Of a stretch of DNA of 24,000 nt, positions 17,282 to 23,131 are shown piece after piece (within the stretch, counting starts at the first letter, position 1; each line of letters starts with the position of its first letter). A program made the position numbers and the translations under genes. The DNA is from Pseudonocardia sp. NPDC049635 (lineage in GTDB: Bacteria > Actinomycetota > Actinomycetes > Mycobacteriales > Pseudonocardiaceae): assembly GCF_040659795.1 (NCBI RefSeq), contig NZ_JBFAON010000008.1, positions 124,235 to 148,234 on the forward strand, read 5' to 3'. Below the pieces are notes generated by a model. That model ran no database searches. It saw only the letters and a list, made by a program, of their open reading frames with translations, and was not told the DNA's origin.

Positions 17282-18100
17282 TCACGTCTCCCGGAGCGGG
17301 ATCCGCAACGCCTTCTGCTCGTCGTCCCATGCGGTCGGGCGCGGCCCGCTGACCACCCGCTCCCCCAGCACCTCCCGGACGAGGACCGACCGGTCCCCGG
17401 CCGGGTTGCGCTGCTTGAGCAGCAGGCCCCCGCTGCGCGGGCCGGTCAGCGGGACCAGCCAGAGGTCGTCGTCGCGTACCGCGGCGACCGCCGCGTCCGA
17501 CGGGAACCGGCCGGCCGCGAGCCGGGCCGGCAACCGCAGGTAGCCGTCCGGGGTGAACTCCACCGGGTCGTCCGCGCCGGCGTCGGGCCGGAGCTCCGCG
17601 AGGTACTCCCGCTCCACCATCTCGATCACCTGTTCCATCCCTCGCCGCACCGGCTCGGACAGCTCGGCGCCGAGCTCCACGCCTGCCACCTCGATCAGGA
17701 ACACCGTGATGTCGTCCGGGCAGGCCTCCGCCAGCGCCCACCGGGCCAGTGCGATCGCATGGTCCCAACGGAACGAGTGCGTGTGCACCCCCTCGAGCGG
17801 AGGCAGGTCGGCCAGCTCGGCGCCCGGAACGCGGAACACGGTGCCCGGGTCCGAGCCGGTCGCCGCAGCGTCGACGACGACGACGCGATCGGCGCCGCGC
17901 ATCTGGAACGCGACGTCCATCCCCGCGGTGCCGCCGTCGACCAGCCGGGCGCCGTCCGGGACACCGCGTTCCCACAGGTGGCGCACGAGCACCGGGCCGA
18001 CCCCGTCGTCACCCCGCAGCAGGTTCCCGCAGCCGATCACCAGCACGGCGCAGCCGGGCGGTTCCAGGTCCGGGGGTTCGGTGGCGGACGTCGGACTCAC
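17282..18100 (-). CDS. [NiFe]-hydrogenase maturation endopeptidase (HupD/HybD family) with a ~100-aa C-terminal extension
   Basis: 272 aa from GTG 18100 (GTGA overlap with the large-subunit stop). Protease core: VLVIGCGNLLRGDDGVGPVLV, GGTAGMD, VVVVDAAATG, HTHSF. The ~100 extra C-terminal residues (about 17282-17590) have no protease homology that I recognise. Confidence 0.85.
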   Translation of the reverse strand: MSPTSATEPPDLEPPGCAVLVIGCGNLLRGDDGVGPVLVRHLWERGVPDGARLVDGGTAGMDVAFQMRGADRVVVVDAAATGSDPGTVFRVPGAELADLPPLEGVHTHSFRWDHAIALARWALAEACPDDITVFLIEVAGVELGAELSEPVRRGMEQVIEMVEREYLAELRPDAGADDPVEFTPDGYLRLPARLAAGRFPSDAAVAAVRDDDLWLVPLTGPRSGGLLLKQRNPAGDRSVLVREVLGERVVSGPRPTAWDDEQKALRIPLRET

Positions 18101-19704
18101 ACCATTCCGTTGACGACGAACTTCGACAGTTCCCGCCCGGTCCTCCCGTCGTAGGCGTGCACGGTGCACACCAGGCAGGAGTCGAAGCTGCGCGCCACGT
18201 GCCCGAGCTCCACCGGGTCCTCGGCGTCCACGATCGGCGAGCCGACCAGCGCGGACTCGATCGGGCCCGCCACCTCGGCGCCGTCGCGCGGCCCGATGTT
18301 CCAGGCCGTCGGCGTGATCACCTGGTAGTTCTTGATCTTGTTGTCCTCGATCACGATCCAGTCGGACAGTGCACCGCGGGCCGCCTCGGTGGAGCCGAAG
18401 CCCTTGCCCTCCGCGTACTCGGTGGGCTTGGTGTAGAAGCTCTCCTTCAGGTCCAGCTGGTCCAGCCAGTTCCGCACCCACGAGTAGTACTTGGGTGCCT
18501 CGTGCATCCGCGCCAGCTGGCGGACGAACACGCTCGGCCCCATCTTGGCCACGATGTCGACGAACAGCGGGTCCTCGTCCTGGTGGGCGGCCGCGCCCGG
18601 CGCGCCCGCCGCCATCCGGCGGGCCAGCGGCCCGGCCTCCAGCGGGACGTGCCCGAGGCCCGGGACGTCGTAGCGGGGCGACTTCGCCCAGCTGTACTTG
18701 CCCTGCTGGGCACCGACGGCCGGGTCGATCGGGTTGGTCTCGCCCTCGAACGGGTGCAGCGCGCCGGTGCCCTCGTAGAACGAGTGCGTGACGTCCTCGG
18801 TGACCCGGGCCTGGTCGAAGGCGTGCCAGGTGCCACCGGCGTAGATGCCGGAGCGGCCGATCAGCGCGTCGTTGCGCCCGTCGATGGTCGGGTTCTCGTA
18901 GCGCGACGGCTCGAAGTAGGTGCCGGTCGCCAGGAAGTTCCCGACCCCGCGGCCGTAGCGGTCGAGCCCGATGTCGAGCGAGTAGCGGATGAAGAAACCG
19001 CAGTCGCTGTTGTAGTGCGACTCGTTCTCCTCGACCCAGGCCAGCACGTCGGACCAGGTCCGGTTCTCCAGCCAGCGCTCCACCGAGCAACCCAGCCACT
19101 GCTTCTCGAGCCAGTTGTCCTTCCAGTGCTCGAAGATCGCGATGGACCGGGTGACGTCGGCCAGCGTCGGGGCGCACATGACGCCCCCGGGCACCATGAA
19201 GCTGGAGTGCGGCCACTGCCCGCCGAAGATCGCGTAGACCTCGACCGGCTTGGCCGAGAGGACCACCCCCGGCTGGTAGCTCGTACCGACGTAGGGGGCG
19301 AACCGGCGGACGGCCTCCTCGTACAACGCGGACTTCGCGTAGTTCTTGTTCGTGAAGTCGATCGCGAACAGCGCGTAGAAGTACCGCGGGATCGACTGCA
19401 GCGTCTCCGCGGCCTGGCAGATGTTGCGGATCAGGGTGGCGTTGGGCGGCATGTGCGTCTTCCATGCCGTGTCCAGCGCATAGGCCGACTTGTAGAGGTG
19501 GCTGCCGCCGCAGATGCCACAGATCCGCGGGGTCACGATCAGGCCGGCCTGGGGGTCCTTGCCGCGCAGGATCATCTCGAAACCGCGGAACATCGCGGCC
19601 TCGGTCCAGGCCGAGGTGACGACGCCGTCGTCGACGGTCACCCGGACGTCGAGGTCGCCCTCGACCCGGCCGAGCGGGCTGACGTGGAGATCGAGTGTGG
19701 TCAT
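18097..19704 (-). CDS. hucL: [NiFe]-hydrogenase large subunit, group 2a (Huc/HupL-like)
   Basis: 535 aa. L1 motif RICGICGGSH. L2 motif SFDSCLVCTVH followed by a 19-aa cleavable tail (AYDGRTGRELSKFVVNGMV). Conserved LGRVEGDLDV and WPHSSFMVPGG. SD GAAAGGA lies 9 nt upstream. Confidence 0.95.
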   Translation of the reverse strand: MTTLDLHVSPLGRVEGDLDVRVTVDDGVVTSAWTEAAMFRGFEMILRGKDPQAGLIVTPRICGICGGSHLYKSAYALDTAWKTHMPPNATLIRNICQAAETLQSIPRYFYALFAIDFTNKNYAKSALYEEAVRRFAPYVGTSYQPGVVLSAKPVEVYAIFGGQWPHSSFMVPGGVMCAPTLADVTRSIAIFEHWKDNWLEKQWLGCSVERWLENRTWSDVLAWVEENESHYNSDCGFFIRYSLDIGLDRYGRGVGNFLATGTYFEPSRYENPTIDGRNDALIGRSGIYAGGTWHAFDQARVTEDVTHSFYEGTGALHPFEGETNPIDPAVGAQQGKYSWAKSPRYDVPGLGHVPLEAGPLARRMAAGAPGAAAHQDEDPLFVDIVAKMGPSVFVRQLARMHEAPKYYSWVRNWLDQLDLKESFYTKPTEYAEGKGFGSTEAARGALSDWIVIEDNKIKNYQVITPTAWNIGPRDGAEVAGPIESALVGSPIVDAEDPVELGHVARSFDSCLVCTVHAYDGRTGRELSKFVVNGMV

Positions 19705-19743
19705 GGTGGTGGGTCCTTTCGGAGCGTCGGTCGGGACGGCCGG

Positions 19744-20715
19744 TCAGACGACGAACATGTCCTCCTTGGACCACTGCGGCGCCGCGATCTTCGCTGCCGC
19801 GGCGTGCGCCATGTAGGTCAGGTGGTCGCTTCCCTCGGGGACCTCCTTCGGGATGGCCCCGCTGACCTTCTGCGTCTTGAACACCGTCCCCGGTGCGAGA
19901 TCGAAGTGCGGGAACTCGGGCTCGGTGCAGCCCAGGCACGGCATGCCGGCCCTGGTCTTCGACGACTGCCGGTTCCACAGGATCCGGTTGCACGGCGAGT
20001 GCGTCATCGGCCCGCGGCAGCCGAGCTCGTAGAACAGGCAGCCGGTGCGGGTGCCCTCCCCGAACGAGTACGTGGACTGCTTGTACTCGAAGAACTGGAC
20101 CCGGGTGCAGCCGGTCTGGGTGAAGGACTTGAAGAACGTCTCCGGCCGGTGCATGTCGTCGAGCGTGATGTCGCCCGCCCGGCCGGTGGCGAGCGCGACG
20201 AGGATCTGGGTGATCCAGTCGGGGTGCGCGGGGCAGCCCGGCACGTTGATCACCGGTAGCCCCATCTTGGACTTGAAGTCGGGGCCGAGGAACCCGCCCT
20301 TGGCCCGCTTGTGGAACTGCAGTCCGGTCGAACCGGACGGGTTCGGCTCCATCGCCGGGATCCCGCCGAAGCAGGCGCAGTCACCGATGGCGACCACGAT
20401 CTGCGCCGCCGCGGCCAGGTCGGTGACCCAGTCCTTCATCGGCCGGTCGGCGAACATGTCCATCCGCCCGGAGCCGTCGGGCGCCTCGATGACGGTGCCC
20501 TCGAACACGAAGATGTCCAGCGGGCGATCGCCGTTCACGCAGTCCCAGAAGACCTTCTGCGCGTTCTTGCCCAGCTCCAGCCCGAGCGACGGGTGCCAGA
20601 CCAGATCCAGCCCGAAGTCGACGATCAGGTCGACGACGTTCGGTTCCTCGGCGTTGAGGAACGACATCGTGTTCCCGCTGCACGCTCCGCCCTGGAACCA
20701 CAGCACGGACGCCAT
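19744..20715 (-). CDS. hucS: [NiFe]-hydrogenase small subunit, group 2a, no Tat signal
   Basis: 323 aa. It begins directly at MASVLWFQGGACSGN, with no twin-arginine leader. Motifs: GDCACFGGIP, VPGCPAHPDW, GCLFYELGCRGP, SPCN, MPCLGCTEPEFP. SD GAGAGGAG is upstream. Confidence 0.95.
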   Translation of the reverse strand: MASVLWFQGGACSGNTMSFLNAEEPNVVDLIVDFGLDLVWHPSLGLELGKNAQKVFWDCVNGDRPLDIFVFEGTVIEAPDGSGRMDMFADRPMKDWVTDLAAAAQIVVAIGDCACFGGIPAMEPNPSGSTGLQFHKRAKGGFLGPDFKSKMGLPVINVPGCPAHPDWITQILVALATGRAGDITLDDMHRPETFFKSFTQTGCTRVQFFEYKQSTYSFGEGTRTGCLFYELGCRGPMTHSPCNRILWNRQSSKTRAGMPCLGCTEPEFPHFDLAPGTVFKTQKVSGAIPKEVPEGSDHLTYMAHAAAAKIAAPQWSKEDMFVV

Positions 20716-20788
20716 GGGGGACTCCTCTCGGCAGGCTCGCCGCGCGGCGGGCCGTGTGGTGGGCCGGCAGCCGGGCCGCCGGTGCGAA

Positions 20789-20857
20789 TCTGTTCGGAAG
20801 TGTGGTTTCTGTTCGGAAGTGTGGTGGTGGGAGTGCGGATGTGGTGGTGGGAGCGCG
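20789..20857 (-). repeat. two nested tandem duplications in the hucM-like / hucS spacer
   Basis: tctgttcggaagtgtggt occurs at 20789-20806 and 20808-20825 (18/18 identical, period 19). gtggtggtgggagtgcg at 20821-20837 is repeated as gtggtggtgggagcgcg at 20841-20857 (16/17, period 20). Confidence 0.9.
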
Positions 20858-20858
20858 C

Positions 20859-21386
20859 TCAGGTGAGGCGACGGCCCAGTGCACGGGCCGTCTCGACGAG
20901 GACCGCGAGTCCGCGGGCGACGTCGTCGTCGCGCAGCGTGCGCAACAGCCCGAACACGCCGGAGGGCGGAGCGGGTGCCGCCGACGCACGCTCCCGGCCC
21001 GCCACCAGTGCCTCACCGAACAGGACCAGGGTGTCCGCCGTCCGCGGATCGGTCAGCAGCGACGAGGTGAGCAGGGTCTGCAGCTGCGGGGTCGCACCGG
21101 CGACCCCGCCGGACAGCGTGGCGAGGCTGCCGACCAGCCCTCGCAGGTCGACGTCCGCCAGCTCCGCCGGGAGACCGACCGACCGCAGGTCCCGGACTCC
21201 GTCGGCGACGGCCTCGGTGATGACGTCGCCGCGCCGGACGAAGCCGTCGAGCGACTCGACGAGCAGCGCGAGCAGGTCGGCGTGCTCGAGGATGTCGCCG
21301 AGCGCGGCGGCCACCTTCGGGTCGTCCAACCGCTCCGCGAGCCCGTCGGCCGGCGACCGCGCGGCGAGCTGACCGTTGACGGTCAC
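20859..21386 (-). CDS. DUF1641-like protein; HucM-like third-subunit candidate by position and size
   Basis: 175 aa from GTG 21386, which lies 5 nt after a strong SD GAGGAGGA (21391-21398). The track ORF starts at GTG 21428. The helical sequence LDDPKVAAALGDILEHADLLALLVESLDGFVRRGDVITEAV resembles DUF1641 proteins from memory. It sits immediately upstream of the small subunit. Confidence 0.65.
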   Translation of the reverse strand: MTVNGQLAARSPADGLAERLDDPKVAAALGDILEHADLLALLVESLDGFVRRGDVITEAVADGVRDLRSVGLPAELADVDLRGLVGSLATLSGGVAGATPQLQTLLTSSLLTDPRTADTLVLFGEALVAGRERASAAPAPPSGVFGLLRTLRDDDVARGLAVLVETARALGRRLT

Positions 21387-21580
21387 GGGGTCCTCCTCGG
21401 TGCTGGGCGGATGTGTGAGGCGAGGCACAAGGCTAGGCCCGAAGACGGACCCGGCCTATCTCTTCTGCGCAGCGACTGTCGTGATTGCGCTGACCTTGTG
21501 ACGGTCATGCGCTGTTCTCCGGGACGGACTTGCGTGCAGGGTGGAGGATTCCTCGCGGATCACGGAGTTGTGAGCGGCTC
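21387..21580. promoter_or_regulatory. divergent intergenic region: hydrogenase operon promoter and AraC-family gene promoter
   Basis: The lowest-GC stretch in the window by eye. Near-palindrome gcgcTGACC-ttgtgac-GGTCAtgcgc at 21487-21512. Candidate minus-strand -10 TAGCCT at 21430-21435. Both are unverified. Confidence 0.4.
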
Positions 21581-22642
21581 ATGTCACGTCTGTCCCGACT
21601 GCGCTCGATCGACATCCGGCGAACCCGGGGGCCCGTCCGACGAAAGGTCCGGTCCCGCGGCGTCCCGCCGGCACTGGCCGAGCACGAGATCTTCTACTCG
21701 GAGGAGCTGTGGGAAGCGGCTTTCATGGTCGGCAAGGTCCTGTCGGCCGCGACGCTGGACCTGCGCCGACCGGAGGAGCCCGGGTTCGCGGCGAGCTTGT
21801 TCGGCGTCCAGCTCCGCGACATCAGCCTGCTGTACCTGGACCTGACGGTGGCCGCGACGCTGGACATCCCGGCCCTCGGGCCCTACTTCACGGTCTGCAT
21901 GCCGACCAACGGCCGGGTGGTGTGCGAGCACGGGTCCGGAATCGCCTTCGAGGCGAACACGGTGCGTGCACTGGTCACCAGCCCGGGCACCGCGCTCACC
22001 ATGCACTTCGACCACGACTCGCCGATCCTGGTGCTCCGGATCGAGGAGCAGGCCCTGCTGGCATACCTGACCCGGCTGCTGGGCCGGCGGCTCCCGCACC
22101 CGATCAGCTTCGCCCCGGAGTTCGACCTCGCCGCGGAGCCTGCGATGCGGTGGAACACCGCGGTGCAGCTGCTGCACGCCGAGGTGTTCTACCCGGACTC
22201 GCTGGTCCAGCACGGCCACGGGATCGGGGCGGTCGAGGAGCTGCTGATGTCCAGCCTGCTGTACCTGCAGCCCTCGAACTACCACGCCGACCTGACCCGG
22301 CCCACGAACTCCACCGGGCGCCGGGTGGTGCGCGAGGCCGCCGAGTACATCGAGGCGCACCTCGGCGAGCGGATCTCGATGGCGACGCTCGCGGGCAGCG
22401 TGCACATGAGCGTGCGCTCGATCCAGCAGGCCTTCCGCGACGAGCTCGGGATGTCCCCGGTCGCCTACATCCGGGAGCGCAGACTGAACCGGATCCGCGA
22501 CGAGCTGACCGACGCGATGCCGGGCGACGGGGTGACCGTCACCGCCGTCGCGCAGCGGTGGGGCTTCCAGCATCTCGGGAGCTTCTCGGTGGAGTACCGC
22601 AAGCGCTGGGGCGAGTCCCCGTCGGAGACGCTGCGCCGCTGA
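21581..22642 (+). CDS. AraC-family transcriptional regulator (AraC_binding_2-like N-terminus + HTH_18 C-terminus)
   Basis: C-terminal HTH: ISMATLAGSVHMSVRSIQQAFRDELGMSPVAYIRERRLNRIRDEL...TVTAVAQRWGFQHLGSFSVEYRKRWGESPSETLRR. The start is ambiguous: ATG 21581 (used here) or GTG 21530 (track). Confidence 0.8.
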   Translation: MSRLSRLRSIDIRRTRGPVRRKVRSRGVPPALAEHEIFYSEELWEAAFMVGKVLSAATLDLRRPEEPGFAASLFGVQLRDISLLYLDLTVAATLDIPALGPYFTVCMPTNGRVVCEHGSGIAFEANTVRALVTSPGTALTMHFDHDSPILVLRIEEQALLAYLTRLLGRRLPHPISFAPEFDLAAEPAMRWNTAVQLLHAEVFYPDSLVQHGHGIGAVEELLMSSLLYLQPSNYHADLTRPTNSTGRRVVREAAEYIEAHLGERISMATLAGSVHMSVRSIQQAFRDELGMSPVAYIRERRLNRIRDELTDAMPGDGVTVTAVAQRWGFQHLGSFSVEYRKRWGESPSETLRR

Positions 22643-22656
22643 GCGTCGCCGGCCCG

Positions 22657-22775
22657 GACCTCACCGGCCCCGAACGTCACCGGCCTGATCATCACCGACC
22701 CGAACGCCGCCGACCCGACGCCGCCGACCCGAACGTCACCGCCCTGATCGTCACCGCCCAGATCGTCACCGCCCA
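22657..22775 (+). repeat. tandem array of eight ~15-nt units directly upstream of the hypA ribosome-binding site
   Basis: Units: gacctcaccggcccc, gaacgtcaccggcct, gatcatcaccgaccc, gaacgccgccgaccc, gacgccgccgaccc (14 nt), gaacgtcaccgccct, gatcgtcaccgccca, gatcgtcaccgccca. The last two are identical. The hypA SD GGAGGAG starts 4 nt after the array. Confidence 0.85.
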
Positions 22776-22790
22776 CCCGGAGGAGCCGTC

Positions 22791-23129
22791 GTGCACGAAC
22801 TGTCCCTGTGCCGCTCGATCGTCGGGGTCGTCGAGCGGCATGCCGACACCGCACGCGTCCGGCGGGTGAACCTGCAGGTGGGACATCTGCGACAGGTCGT
22901 GCCCGCGACGTTGGAGTACTGCTGGTCGCTGGTGAACGCCGACACGCCGCTCGGTGGCTCGGAGCTGTGCATCGAGTCGGTGCCGGCGCGGATCCGCTGC
23001 ACCGTCTGCGCGGGGACCAGCGAGCTCGACGCGCCGGTCCTGGTGTGCACGCACTGCGGCGGGACCGCGGTGCAGGTCGTCACCGGGGAGGAATTCCTCA
23101 TCACGTCCCTCGAACTCACGGAGGCCTGA
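22791..23129 (+). CDS. hypA: hydrogenase nickel-insertion protein HypA
   Basis: 112 aa. A GTG start gives the conserved N-terminal M-H-E (MHELSLC). Zinc motif CTVCAG...CTHCGG. SD GGAGGAG is upstream. Confidence 0.9.
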   Translation: MHELSLCRSIVGVVERHADTARVRRVNLQVGHLRQVVPATLEYCWSLVNADTPLGGSELCIESVPARIRCTVCAGTSELDAPVLVCTHCGGTAVQVVTGEEFLITSLELTEA

Positions 23130-23131
23130 CC

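Noticed and set aside
11131-20259. Very long plus-strand ORFs opposite the hydrogenase operon (11131..13623, 830 aa; 13368..16445, 1025 aa; 17749..20259, 836 aa; 14615..15883; 16518..17543; 17108..18154).
   Set aside because: Each lies antisense to a minus-strand gene with clear family motifs (hypF, NHL, hucE-like, hucL, hucS). Their products are Arg/Gly/Pro-rich with no recognisable domains. Long stop-free antisense frames are expected at this GC content.
20820-20851. The G-rich plus strand (gtggtggtggg repeats) as a G-quadruplex.
   Set aside because: The G-runs are mostly only 2 nt, with just two GGG runs, so at best a weak two-tetrad structure could form. The repeat / RNA-motif interpretation explains the pattern better. 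Biophysical testing would be needed to revive this idea.
22657-22775. The tandem array as a CRISPR array or as a coding repeat.
   Set aside because: The units are contiguous with no spacers and are only ~15 nt, so this is not CRISPR. No frame gives a plausible protein with a start and SD, and the frames continue out of frame into hypA.
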